The translations under genes and the position numbers were made by a program. This document shows positions 31,438 to 50,430 of a stretch of DNA of 64,000 bases, piece by piece. Numbering within the stretch: position 1 is the first letter of the stretch; each line of letters begins with the position of its first letter. The notes below the pieces were generated by a model. That model did no database searches and was not told the DNA's origin. It saw only the letters and a list, made by a program, of their open reading frames with translations. The stretch lies in the NCBI RefSeq assembly GCF_009914755.1, contig NC_060929.1; one strand, given 5' to 3'. Origin of the DNA: the human T2T-CHM13v2.0 reference genome, Homo sapiens.

Positions 31438-33439
31438 CTGCCAAGTAGGCAATAAAACAACATCTGCCATTTATTCGTGGGGTGATTCGGTAGTCTCAGC
31501 TTGGGTAGCAACCTGGGAATTATGTTGGTTGCAAGAGACACAAAAGATATGCTTACGATAATCTTAGTAATGGTGAAATCACATGTCACTAGTCACCCAG
31601 ACCTGAGAGCCAGACGTTCCCCCCACATGCTCCCTCAGAGATCTCCAGAGCTTGAGATTCCTGATTAATGGGCTCTGTCCACAAAGGTGTCCTTGATCAT
31701 CTCAGACATTATGGGGCAGGCCGAGTATGGGTAGGGCGTTGCTTCTGTCATAACAAGACTTGGTTTATTTCAAATAATCTAAAATCTGTGAAGATATATT
31801 AGAGCCTATTGGCAGGTTCCTGAGTACCCCATGCATGCAACCTTTGTCTGCCTATGCCCAGTGTCTCCAGCATGAATGACTTCATGGCTACCCATGTTGC
31901 CCAATTTCTAAGCAAAGCCTTAGGATGGGTGTTTCAAGTCTTCTGCACAAAGGAAGTAAATATGACGAATTAAGTTTTACCAATAGTAATTTATGTACTT
32001 ACTCCTTTGATATCCCAATAGGTCTTTCTTTCCAGCACCTTCACCCGAAACAGCTGGAGCTGAGCCATCCACTTTTCTGAGGGTATAAAAATTAGGGACC
32101 TTTGGTTGCAAGAAATGGAAACCAATTCTGGCTGATGTGATAAACAGGAGATTTTAGGGGAGACCATAGAGAGCCTAGACTCAGTGGGAATGCTGGGAGA
32201 TCAGGCTTGGAATTGGGCAGGAACAAAGTCAGCTCTTCAGGGTGAGAAAGCAGGACCTGGAGGAACAGTCTGGACAGACACCATTGCCTAATGAACGAAT
32301 GCCAATCATTGTCACTTCAATTCTCTGCAGAATATTCAAACTAGAGACATGATCAATTTCAGGTAGATTGTAGATTTAAATGTGAAAGGAAGATCAATAA
32401 AGCCTTTAGAGGAAGACTGAGCAGAGACCCTTTGGGCCAGAGAGAGCAGGGCAAGATGTCAAACACAAGCCAGGCCTGTGGACCGGAGGACTCCTGGCCC
32501 AGACCAGGAATGGGAAACAGAGGTAGAACCTAGAGGTTTGGAGGGTGGCACGTTCCTGTGGCTTAGGGTTTTGAGAAGCTCAAGCATAGCAGACATTACG
32601 CCCCCAGCAACCTGACTGATTCCAGACCCCTACTGTGGTGCCTCAGGTGTGCCTATTGCACCTCCCTTCTTGTTCAAGGTCAGTTCAGCCTGCCAAGAAA
32701 GGACCTCAGGGCCCACAGCTGAGCAGGGAACAGGCAAGGGTTTATGCATCTCTTCTCCCAGTGAAGGTGCCCAACTAACTGGGTGTAATGGATAAGGAAC
32801 CAGCCCGGGGGCTTAGCAGTGTGGAAATCCAGTGCTCCCAGGGAAGCTACCTGAAAAGGTGCAATGCACAGCCACAAGACCAAGAGGCTGCAATTCAGGG
32901 CCACTGATGACTGCAACAGCTCCACAGGGTATAGAGCAGTGGAAACAGAGACTTTTGCTTTGTATATATTTTAATAAAAAACAACAACTACTGTTGTGCC
33001 AAGTCTGTTCTAATCACTGTACACGTGCCATCTTATTTAATCCTCGTAAGAACTCCATTATGGGAGTTACTATTACTATCTCCATTTTACAGATGAGGAA
33101 ACTAACACACAGAAAGTTTAAGGCACTTGCCCAAGGTAACACAGCTATTTAAAGAGACAGAGCTGGGATTTAAATGTTGGCAATTTAAATGTTGGCATTA
33201 CCTCTCATATAAGCCAGACAGATAAACACAGACCCTGAAGCAGACTCTTTGAGCAAGGGCTCACAATCAAAAAGGCAACAGAAGTGAAGGAGACAGATAC
33301 AGGCACATTGTATGGGTGGAGAGCAGGAGGGCACGTCAAAGAGTCAGGGTGTGAGCACATGATTATGTGGAGACACGATTTTGTACAGCCTTCATTTATC
33401 TTGAACTTTCCTTTTGGAGGTGTCATGTAGGAATTCTAA

Positions 33440-34609
<1,170 letters not shown>

Positions 34610-34616
34610 TAATCTT

Positions 34617-34755
34617 AGCCAGGCATGATGGTACATGTCTGTAGTCCCAGCTACTTGGGAGCTGAGGCAGGAGGATTGTTTGAGCCCAGGAATTCGAGAC
34701 CTGCCAGGACAATATAGCCAGATCTTCTTCTAAAAACAAACAAATAAAACCAAAA
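34617..34755 (+). mobile_element. Alu monomer (FLAM/FAM-like)
   Basis: Single diverged monomer. Confidence 0.7.
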
Positions 34756-36021
34756 ATACCTAGTCTTTTAGAGAAACATACTCACATATTCATGGATGAA
34801 ATGATGTCATGTCTGAAATTTACTTCGAAATAGTTTGGGAGGAGAAGAAGTGGGTGAGGGTTTGGTTGGGGCAGGATTGTCCCATGGATTGATGGATTGA
34901 TGGTTTTGGAGGTTAGATAATGAATATGGGGTGGGGCACTTATCGTACCATTTGGTCTACTTTTGTGTAAGTTATACATTCTCCATAATTGGAAAGATTT
35001 TAAAAACTAAGATATGGCAGCACAGTTTGATTGCAAGTGACCATATCTACCCTAGCAACCATGAAAGAATTATTTTAAAAACTTAGTAGTTTGCTTAAAA
35101 GATAAGTTGAAAATTTTAAATGCTAACAAATCTTCATCCCAATTTTGCTCTTCCCACACAACATAAGTGACATCCTGGCCACAGAACTTATGTGAAACCA
35201 TGTAACACAAAGCGAATTATCAGTTTACTTGGAGTCTCTGCCTGTAACTCAGCCCTGACTTGGCTGTGTTTCTTTAGAGCTGAAGCCTCAGTTGAGACTC
35301 CTTGCTGCAGAAACAGGGGCCAGACACCAGGGCCCATGCAAAAACTGGAGGGGGTCACCAAGACCCTTGAGGCCTCTGCTCCCAAGAACATGGGTCCCCT
35401 GTTACATCCAAAGGGAGAACCACCCACATGTCTGAAGGCATCTTCTAGATGGAGGATTCTAAACACACCGGAATGCCTCAGAATCTGTTCTCAGCTCCTT
35501 CTCTTCTCTTGCTACACTTTCTTCCTTGAGAATTCATCCTGGTTCACAGCTTCAAATTTATCTAAAAGCTAATGATTCCCAGGTTTATACTGCCAGCCTG
35601 GACTGTCCCTTGACTGCCACCAACTGGCATATCCAGCTGTCCTCACAACATTCTTACATAAATTACAGTGGGGGATCTGTGTTACCATGTGAAACAGGCT
35701 GGGGGGATGATTGCCAGAGCCACTCCCACTTTAGTCTGCCCATCCCAGGAAGTTATTCTTGATTCTTTTCTTCACCTATCACCTCCAATTGCTCAGCAAG
35801 TCCTGTTGATTCTACCTTCAAACTATACCCAAAATCTGACTACGTCTTACCACCTCTACCACCACCACTTCATCCAAACCACTGGTATCTCCCATCTAAG
35901 CTATTGCAGTAACCTTCTAACTGGTCTTGCTGCCTCCTCCTTCATCCCCTGTATCAGTGTAGATTAGATTTTAAATATATTCATCAGATCACAAGCCGCT
36001 TCTAAGAAAACTCAAATTCCT

Positions 36022-36872
36022 GCCAGGCACAGTGGCTCCTGCCTGTAATCTTAGCTATTTGGGAGGCTGAGGTAGGAGGATTGCTTGAGGCCAAGAGTTC
36101 AAGACCAGCCAAGGCAACATAATGAAACCCTGTCTCTAAAACCAGAAAACAAAAAAACAAAAATTATCCAGGTGTGGTGGTGTGTGCCTGTAGTCCCAGC
36201 TACTGAGGAAGCTGAGATGGGAGGATTGCTTGAGCCTGGAAGGTCGAGGCTGCAGTGAGCCTTGATCCTTGATCATGCCACTATACTCCAGCCTGGGTGA
36301 CAGAGTGAGACTTTGTCTCCAGAAAAAAAAAAAAAAAAAGAGAGACCTTGTCTCGACAGAAAAAGTATCTGGGTGTGGTGGCACACACCTGTAAGCCCAG
36401 CTACTTGGGAGGCCAGAGTGAGAGAATTACTTGAGCCCAGGATTTGGAGGCTGCAGTGAGTTATGATGGCACCACTGCACTCTAGCCTGGGTGTGATAGA
36501 GTAAGACTCTATTTCTAAAAAAAAGAAAAAAAAAAGAAAGGAAGAAAAATCAAAAACAAAACAAGGCCAGGAGCAGTGGCTCACATCTGTAATCCCAGCA
36601 CTTTGGGAGGTTGAGGTTGGGGGATTGCTTGAGGCCAGGAATTCAAGACCAGCCTGGCCAACATGGTGAAACCCTGTCTCTATTAAAAATACAAAAATTA
36701 GCCAGGCGTGGTGACGCACATCTGTAATCCCAGCTGCCTGGGAGACTGAGGTAGGAGGATTGTTTAAACCTGGGAGGCAGAGGTTGCAGTGAGCCAAGAT
36801 CACACCACGGCAGTCCAGCCTGGGTAACAGAGTGACACTCTGTCTCATAAAATAAAATAAAAACAAAACAAA
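36022..36872 (+). mobile_element. Tandem Alu cluster: AluJ, 5'-truncated Alu (36340-36555) and AluS (36565-36872)
   Basis: One TSD aaaactcaaattcct brackets all three. Confidence 0.9.
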
Positions 36873-37196
36873 ACTCAAATTCCTTACGTGGCGGACAGGC
36901 CCCTACGTGAGCTGGCCCCTGGCCACCCGCTGCTTCCGACTCCTGTTGGCTCCTTCTCCTCCAGTCACTGGCATTCATGATGGTCTGTGACTTTTACTCC
37001 AGTCTCAGGATCCTTGTGTTTGTTCTTCCTATTGTAGTTTGTTCTTTCTTCATACTTCTTATGGTGTGTTCCGTCCCTTAATCAGGGGGATGGTGGGGTC
37101 CTTGGATTCAGGTGTCTACTTAGGGTTTTCTACGTAGGTTCTCAGAGACATTCTCCCGCTGCTGTACGTAAAAGAGGCCTTTTTCCATGGTTTACG

Positions 37197-37493
37197 TTAT
37201 TTATTTATTTATTTTTTTGAGGTGGAGTTTTGCTCTTTTGTCCAGGCTGGAGTGGACAATCTGGGGTCACTGCAACCTCCGCCTTCCAGTTTCAAGTGAT
37301 TCTCCTGCCTCAGTCTCCCGAGTAGCTGGGACTACAGGGGCCCGCCACTATGCCTGGCTGATTTTTTGTGTTTTTAGTAGAGACAGGGTTTCACCATGTT
37401 GGCCAGGATGGTCTCAACCTCCTGACCTCGTGATCCTCCCTCCTAGGCCTCCCAAAGTGCTGGGATTACAGGTGTGAGCCACCGCATCTGGCT
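37197..37493 (-). mobile_element. AluS (Sc-like)
   Basis: Full dimer. Confidence 0.92.
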
Positions 37494-38394
37494 ACCTTAC
37501 ATTTTAAAATAACCCTTATCACTACTGAAAATGATGTCTTTATATGTCTATCTCCTTATGTTCTGTTTCCTTACTCTCCTCCCAGGAACATAAACTTCAT
37601 GAGGGCAAGGACTTTGCCTCCTTCACTTTTGTGTCTCTGGTGCTTAGCTCCGTATTTGAATATTTGTTGGATGAATGGATAATGACTATTCCAGGACTCG
37701 CTTGATACAGAACTATCTTCTCTAGAGAATGGAAAGGTAAACGTATCATTTACCAGCCACTTATCTTAAGTAGAGTCCCAGAGTGTAGGCTTATGCCATG
37801 GAGCTCATGTGAATTTCCACTTGGGCCATCTGGGATTCTTTTCTCAAAAGAGCCTGATGCCGGGTGCACGGGCCGGTCAGCTGGCCTGGAGGGATATAAC
37901 CCACATTTACCTTTCTCCTCCTGGCAGTATTCTAGAATACCTCACTCACTGCAGCAAGGGAGCTTTCTCTCCTGGGTCGGTAGGGGATATGGTTTGAATG
38001 TAGCCCTGAGGAGCGTCTCAAATGACCTTTGGCCCAGTTGTCTTGTGTCAGTCTCCTGGGGAGAAGGATCATTTACTCAAGTGAAAAACGAATCAGTCAA
38101 GCTTGAGAGCTGTAGATAACAGCACAGGGAGCTGTGTTTTATGGCCTCAAAGAGTTTAACCCAGATTGGAAAAAGGTATTTCACTCCAGCAGCAACAGAG
38201 GGGAGCTGTACCTTGCCTCTGACTCCAGAGAAACGGGACATGTCACAGGGGTGACCAACAGGGCACCAGCCACAGCAGGGAGGGTGGAAACTTGGGCAGC
38301 AAGAGTCACAGTTAATGCCTGGTGAGGAGTGACCATTGGAGTGACGTGGAGCTGCACGGTAAGCACTGGGGACGTGCCAAAGAAGGAGGCTGGG

Positions 38395-39142
38395 TCAGTC
38401 AGGTTTTACTGCAATGATTCTACTTGAAAAACACACTGAATTTCAGCGACTTACAACATCAACACCACATTTATGTATCTCACCTATAGGTGTTCAGGTC
38501 AGCTGTGGTGGTTCTGCTTCAGGCTGTGGATCCAGATCACGTCTGCCCCACATGGCTCTCACGCTGGGACCAGCAGCTTCTCTTGGCAGCTAGCAGAGGT
38601 TTGAGAAGGCAGCCCAAACCATGCAAACTCATTGAAAACCTCTGCTCGGGTGACATCCTTTAATATTTCATTGGCAAGACCCAGCGCAGTGGCTCACACC
38701 TGTAATCCCAGCACTTTGGTGGGCCGAGGAGGGCGGATCACCTGAGGTCAGGAGTTCAAGACCAGCCTAGACAACATGGCGAAAACTCATCTGTACTAAA
38801 AAATACAAAAATTAGCTGGGCTTGGTGGTGGGCGCCTGTAATCTCAGCTACTTGGGATGCTGAGGCAGGAGAATTGCTTGAACCCAGGAGTCAGAGGTTG
38901 CAGTGAGCCCAGATCATTCCACTGTACTCTAGCCTGGGTGACAAAGTGAGACTTTGTCAAAAAAAAAAAAAAAAAAAAATTCCATTGGCAAACAAATCAC
39001 ATAGTCAAGACTAGCATCAGTGGGTTATGAAAATGTGCTCTGTGGACTCTAGTGGGGGACCCTGCAAAGTCTGGGGCAAAGGCTGTGGATGCTGAATTCT
39101 GTTACAGGGAGGGAGTGAAAAATTGAGAGTAGTAATCCAGTC
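38395..39142 (-). mobile_element. Old MLT1 LTR with inserted AluS (38677-38979, +)
   Basis: tgaatttcagcgacttacaaca...cattggcaaacaaatcacatagtcaag; Alu TSD attt/ccattggcaa. Confidence 0.65.
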
Positions 39143-39535
39143 TCCCATGGGGCCCATCACGGCTGTTTGGAGGCACACATGAGTTACCATGGCGACATCT
39201 TGAATGAGAAGGGAGAAACTCAATGGTAAGGGCAAGAAGCAGAAGATTGTTCCTTTGTTCCTATTACTTTGATACATATTCCTTGATTTGCACCTTCCAG
39301 GCTAAAATTTTGAGCCTCCTTGATTTTTACCTTCAAGCTAAATTTGAGCCTTTGGAAGCTCAAATTACAGGACCATGAACATCTCTCCCTGGCAGGAAGC
39401 AACAAGGCTGAGAACTCGAGCAGAGAGCTTGTAACCTGTAGGGCCACACACCTCTGCAGTGAAATGCAGCACCCGGGCCTGACATGAGACTAGAAGGCAC
39501 CTGTCTTTTTCAGGTTTGTTTAAAATTAAAGATGA

Positions 39536-39661
39536 GGCCTGGCATGGTGGTTCATGCCTGTAATCCCAGAACTTTGGGAGTACAAGGCAGGAGGATCACT
39601 TGAACCCAAGAGTTCAGACCAGCCTGGGCAACAGGTGAGACCCCGTCTCTATTTTTAAAAA
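39536..39661 (+). mobile_element. FLAM_C
   Basis: Monomer; TSD-like aaaattaaagat/aaaattacagat. Confidence 0.8.
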
Positions 39662-39854
39662 TTACAGATAAGATTAGATCTTCCTTGCTCTGCATTTTTG
39701 AGCTTGGTTCTGTGGTGACTTATTTTCATGTCTAAGAATTTGGGTAACACTTAGTTTATCCAATATTATGGGGAATGAAGATTACACATAACTGATACTT
39801 CCTTTGAATGGAAATTTGTCCCTTCAAGTAGCACAGCACAGTGTTTTTATTTTA

Positions 39855-40183
<329 letters not shown>

Positions 40184-40227
40184 CTAAAATATATAATTTA
40201 TTACCCGTCTTAAAAATCAAAGAGTCA

Positions 40228-40538
<311 letters not shown>

Positions 40539-40841
40539 CAGAGGGTCTTGGATGTAATTTAATCTTTTCTAAAAGACTCAGAATATTTGTCTATGTCTAC
40601 TCTTATGCAACACAATAGTTTCTCCTTTCCTGTTTATGTGTGCTCTTTGCTATCACTCCTTTAGAAAGAGTCTTTAAGGAAGAGATTAGAAAAGGGAATT
40701 ATCTTGTTATTACCAGATCAGGAAGATTACCCTGGACTCAGGGAAATCTAATCAGATTTAGAAAGATACAATCTCAACAGATCAAAGGGATTCCCCAGAA
40801 GGAGCCAGGTCCAGGAAACTATTGAGAACGGTGCTCTTTAA

Positions 40842-42260
<1,419 letters not shown>

Positions 42261-43020
42261 AATAAACCTCCACATAACCAGAACATTACTGGGGGAATAT
42301 TATTGGCTATAGGTGGAAAACGGTCTGGCCCTGAGGGAACATGCCTGAAATATACACAGAATTTAGAGGAGGCCTAGGGAAGATGAAACATTAAAGGTGA
42401 GCCAGAGAGAACGATAATAAATCATGTTAGGCTTTGTTAAATATTTTGAATAGAGAATACCTACCCCTAGAATGTAATTACTTGATGCAGGAACATATTA
42501 GAATTTATTTGTTTGTAGTTTGTTTGAAAATGAACACTTTCGGAAAACCAGAACTCACTGATTTTATGTCTCTCTCTCTGGGACCCCCCAAAATAAATTG
42601 CAGAGGATTATTTTAGAAAAGTAAACATCTGGGCCAGAAAGCAAAAGGTAGGTGGAGGTGAAAGCACTCAGAACTGGTGAACCAGTTAGAGAAGAGAGTG
42701 AACCAACATAAGTAGCTGGCAAAACTGCCTAAAATCTTCCCGGAGGGACATGGGAGCCACAGGAGGATTTGGAGCCCCAAAGGCACATCATTCCACTATG
42801 CAGAAAAAGACATGGCAGAAGAAAGTAATTCAAGACCTGAAATTCAAATATGGGGACTGAAAAATGTGAAAAAGGGAAGAAAGCCTAGGATTTGTGGAAG
42901 AACAGATGGCAGAGATGCAGGCCTTCCGTGGGGCTCTAGGATCACGAGAGATGCTTCAGTTCACAGTCGGCTGGGAGTGATTCCAGCTGAAACAAATGTG
43001 GGGGAAACAGGCAGATTTCA

Positions 43021-43536
<516 letters not shown>

Positions 43537-43587
43537 GTTTGAAATCAACTGGATGGCGAAGAAGGGAACACCAAATAAACATAGTGA

Positions 43588-43891
<304 letters not shown>

Positions 43892-44269
43892 TAAATAAAC
43901 ATAGTGACTTTGCAAGAAGGCAGGAATGTCTCAAATGCCACCCTCCAAAGGAGAAGCCATTTTTCTTCTAGATATATTACATGTCTGGTTCTCCAATTCA
44001 CCTGTTGGTGGGAGTTCTTCCCAATGTGGTTTTTCAGGTTATGATCTCCAGATAGCTGACAAGGAATAACCAGCTTTCTTGTAGGGCTGGGAATAAAAGG
44101 ATTTCTCTACCTAGTCTCCTTCTTTCAGATGCCACGGTCTGGATCTTTGGTAATCATACGTTTCTAGATTAAGTTTTATATATGTAGAAACATCATGGTG
44201 TGTGTGTGGGGGTAGGATTTGGGATTGCTTGAGTTTCCAAATACGGTAGGTATGGGACTGGTGCTATGA

Positions 44270-44650
<381 letters not shown>

Positions 44651-45101
44651 CTTTGGAGTCTTTAAAAGAGAGGAACGTAGAGTCTTGTTAAACAAATTCA
44701 GTGTCTGAGGTCTTAAAATAACTACAGTCATTCCAGTGGACATCAGCGAGAAAGCATTTTGCTGAAATACGTTGACTCTATCAGATGCAAGTCGGAGAAC
44801 CCTCAGGCAGAAGCTGAGCATAGTAAGAAATTGGAGAGGAAGAGTTTTGGATTTTATCTAAATATTTTTGACACTTAATCCTTTAAATTTTAATTTATAA
44901 AGGTAAGGGAATTCAATTTTTGGACTTAATAATTTTTCTCTGGGATAGTCATATAGGAAGGGGAGTATACTCAGATCTTTATGTTGTAGATATTAGCATT
45001 TTTTATTGTGGTAAAATATGTTACATATGTAACATAAAATGTATCATTTTAAGCATACAAGTTTAGCAGCATTAAGTACATTCATGTTGCTGTGTGTATT
45101 A

Positions 45102-45933
<832 letters not shown>

Positions 45934-45949
45934 ATCATAGATAAAGAGT

Positions 45950-45950
<1 letters not shown>

Positions 45951-45992
<42 letters not shown>

Positions 45993-46011
45993 GTAGGTAG
46001 CTAGGTAGATA
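45951..46011 (+). repeat. (AGAT)n microsatellite
   Basis: About 10 perfect AGAT units followed by AGGT variants. Confidence 0.95.
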
Positions 46012-47100
46012 GAGCCAAGAAGTCCCACGATCTGCTATCTGCAAGCTGGAGAACGAGAAAAGTGAGTGGTGTAATTCAGTCCAAGTCCAAAGGTCTGAGA
46101 ATGCATGGGAGTCCAAATGCCTGAGAACCAGGTGCAGTGATGTTGGCAGAAGATGAATGTCTCAGCTTAAGCAGAAAAAGTGAACTCACTTTTCCTCTTG
46201 CTTTTTGTTTTTTTCAGGCCCTCAACAAATTGGATGATGCCCACCCACACTTGGGAGAGCCAATTGCATTCCCAACTCACCAGTTGGGAATCTCTTCCAG
46301 AAACACCCTCACAGACCCAGACATAAATAATGTCACCCAGTTATCTGGGCATCCTTTAGCGCAGAGTCAAGTTGACACGTAAAATTAACCATCACACCGT
46401 GCAACCATCACCACCATCTCCAGAACTTTTTTCCTCTTTCCAAATTGAAATTCCATGACCATTAAATGATAACTTCTCCTTCCTCCTCTCCCCAGCCTGC
46501 CCTTGGCAGTGAACACTCTACTTACTGTCTCCATGAATTTGACTATCCTAGGTACCTCATGTAAGTGGAATCATACAGTATTTGTCCTTTGGCATCTGGC
46601 TTATTAGTACTTAGTATAATGTCTTCAAAGCTCATCCATGTAGTAGAATTTGTCAGAATTTCCATCTCTTTTAAGGCTGAATAATATTCCATTGTATGCA
46701 TAAACTTCATTTTGTTTATTCATTCATCTATCAATAAACATTAGCATTGTTTCCACCTTTTGGCTATTGCAAATAATGTTGCTATAAACATGTGCATACA
46801 AGGCCAGACATGGTGACTGAAGCCTGTAATCCCAGTGCTTTGGGAGGCCAAAGTGGGTGGATCACTTGAGCTCAGGAGTTAGAGACCAGCCTGGGCAACA
46901 TGGCATAAACACGTCTCTACAAAAACTACAAAAAATTAGCTGAATGTGGTGGCGTGCACCTGTAGTCCCAGCTACTCATGAGGCTGAGGTGGGAGGATCA
47001 CGTGAGTTCAGAGAGTTGAGACTGGAGTGAGCCAAGATCATGCCACTGCACTCTAGTTTGCGCGACGGGAGTGAAACTCTGTCTAAAAAGAAAAATCTGA

Positions 47101-47292
<192 letters not shown>

Positions 47293-48889
47293 TGAGTAGC
47301 TGGGACTACAGGTGCAAGCCGCCACGTCTAGCTATTTTTTTTTTTTTTTTTTTGTATTTTAGTAGAGACAGGATTTCACCACGTTGCCGAGGCTGGTCTC
47401 GAACTGCTGAGCTCAGGCAATCCACCTGCCTCGGCCTCCCAAAGTGCTAGGATTACAGGTGCGAGCCACCGCACCTGGCCAGTAATTCCATTTTTAATTT
47501 TTTGAGGAGCCCAGACTCTTTTCCATTTTAGCTGCACCATTTTACATTCCTACCAGAAGTTGGAAATGCACAAGGTTTCCAACTTCTCCACATACTTGTC
47601 AATATATATTCTGATTGTTGTTTGTTTTTTAAGTAGCCATCCTAATGGGTGTGAGGTGCTATCTCATCAAGATTTTGATTTGCAGTTCCCTGAAGATTAG
47701 TGAGTGATGTTAAGCATTTTTTTCATGTCCTTATTGGCTTCTGTATATCTTCTTCTTTTTTTTGTTGGAGACCGAGTCTCGCTCTATCTCCCAGGCTGGA
47801 GTTCAGTGGCAGGATTACTGCAGCCTCTGCCTCCTGGGTTCAAACAATTATCATGCCTCAGCCTTCTGAGTAGCTGGGATTATAGGTGTGTGTCACCACA
47901 CCCAGCTAATTTTTGTATTGTTAGTAGAGATGAGGTTTTGCTAGGTTGGCCAGGCTGGTCTTGAACTCCTGGCCTCAAGTGATCCACCTGCTTGGCCTCC
48001 CAAATTGCTGGGATTACAGTTGTGAGACACCTTGCCCAACCCTGTATATCCACTTCAGAAAAAGGTCTATTGAAGTCCTTTGTCTTTTTTTTTTTTTTTT
48101 TTTTTTTTGAGACAGGGTCTTTCTCTGTTACCCAAGCTGGAGTGCAGTGGCACAAATATGGTTCACTGCAGCCCTGATCTCCTGGTCTCCTGGGCTCAAG
48201 AAATCCTCCTACCTCAACCTCCCACATAGCTGGGCCTATAGGCGCCTGTTACCACACCTGGCTAATATTTTATTTTTTTGTAGAAACGGGGTCTCACCAC
48301 ATTGCCCAGGATGATCTCAAACTCCTGGGCTCAAGTGATCCTCTTGCCTTGGCCTCCCAAAGTGCTGGGATTACAGGTGTGAGCCACCGCACCTGGCCTC
48401 CTGTGTTACATTTATTTATTTATTTTTTGCATGATCTCGGCTCACTGCAAGCTCCACGTCCTAGGTTCACACCATTTTCCTGCCTCAGGCTCCCAAGTAG
48501 CTGGGACTACAAGTGCCCGCCACCACGCCTGGCTAATTTTTTGTATTTTTAGTAGAGGCGGGGTTTCACTGTGTTAACCAGGATGGTCTCGATCTCCTGA
48601 CCTTGTGATCCTCCTGCCTCAGCCTCCCAGAGTGCTGGGATTTGGTCCATTTTTTAATCAGGTGTTTGTTCTTTTGCTATTGAGTTGTAGGAGTTCCTTA
48701 CATATTGTAGGTATTAATCTCTTATCAGATAGATGATTTATAAGTATTTTCTCCCATCCCATATATTACCTTTTCACTTTGTTAATTGAGACCCTTGATG
48801 TACAGAAGTTTTTAAGTTTGATATACTCCCTTTTGTTGATTTTTCCTTTCATTACCTGTGCTTTTTTTTTTTTTTTTTTTTTTTTTTGA

Positions 48890-48994
<105 letters not shown>

Positions 48995-50105
48995 TGAGTA
49001 GTTAGGACTACAGGCACGTGCCTCCATGCCCAGCTAATTTTTGTATTTTTAGTAGAGATGGGGTTTCACCATGTTGGCCAGGCTGGTCTCAAACTCCTGA
49101 CTTTAGGTGATCTACCCGTCTCAGCCCCGCAAAGTGCTGGGATTATAGGCATGAGCCACCCCGCCCGGCCCCTGTGCTTCTGATGTCATATCCAAGAAAT
49201 CATTGCCAAATTCAATGTCATGAAGCTTTCCCCCTGTGTTTTCTACTAAGAGCTGTATAGTTTTATCTGTTACACTTAGAGCTTTGGTCCATTTTGAGTT
49301 AATTTTTGTGTATGGTGTTAGGGAAGGCTCCAACTTCAATCTTTTGCATATGGATATCCAGTTTTCCAGCACCATTTGTTGAGAAGACTGTCCCTTTCCC
49401 ATTGAATGGTCTTCCCATCCTTGTTGTAAACCATTTGATTGATATTAATGTATGTAAGGGCTTACAGTTTATTTTAATTCTTTTTTTTTTTTTTTTTTGA
49501 GACAGGGTCTCACTCTGTCACCCAGGCTGGAGTAAAGTGGTATGATCTCAGCTCATTGCAACCTCTGTTTCCCAGGTTCAAGTGATTCTCCCATCTCAGC
49601 CTCCCGAATAGCTGAGACTACCAGCACACGCCATCATACCCAGCTAATTTTTGTATTTTTAGTAGAGACGAGGTTTCATCATGTTGGCCAGGCTGGTCTT
49701 GAACTCCTGACCTCAAGTGATCCGGCCACCTTGGCCTCCCAAAGTGCTGGGATTACAGGTGTGAGCCACCGCACCCGGCCAGGGCTTACAGTTTATATCT
49801 GTGCTCTCTATTCTATTCTGTTGGTCTATATGTCTCTCTTTGTGCCAGTACCACACTGTCTTGATTACTGTAGCAGCGATTACTATCATTTAAAATCAGA
49901 AAGTTTGATACCTCCAACTTCATTCTTCTATTTTAAGGTTGTTTTGGCCATTCGGGGTTTTCTGAGAGTCCATAGGGATTTTAGGATGGATTTTTCTTTT
50001 CCTGAAAAATAAACAAACAAGGAAAAAAACAGTATTGGGCTTTTGATAAGGATTGCATTGAGTCTGTAGATCATTTTGGGTATATTGACATTTTAACAAT
50101 ATTAA

Positions 50106-50430
<325 letters not shown>

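Larger units (their letters stand above)
35480..37680 (+). mobile_element. L2 fragment interrupted by Alus
   Basis: gctaatgattcccaggtttatac...catccaaaccact...gagggcaaggactttg...gaatatttgttggatgaatg. Confidence 0.65.

Noticed and set aside
33168-33197. 15-bp tandem duplication atttaaatgttggca in a MIR
   Set aside because: Ordinary slippage duplication with no functional hint.
36885-36909. Two TACGTG (HRE-like) hexamers
   Set aside because: Short motifs inside an L2 fragment with no supporting context.
38079-38092. 14-mer aagtgaaaaacgaa also present at 59524-59537
   Set aside because: A few 14-mer coincidences are expected by chance in 64 kb of A-rich DNA.
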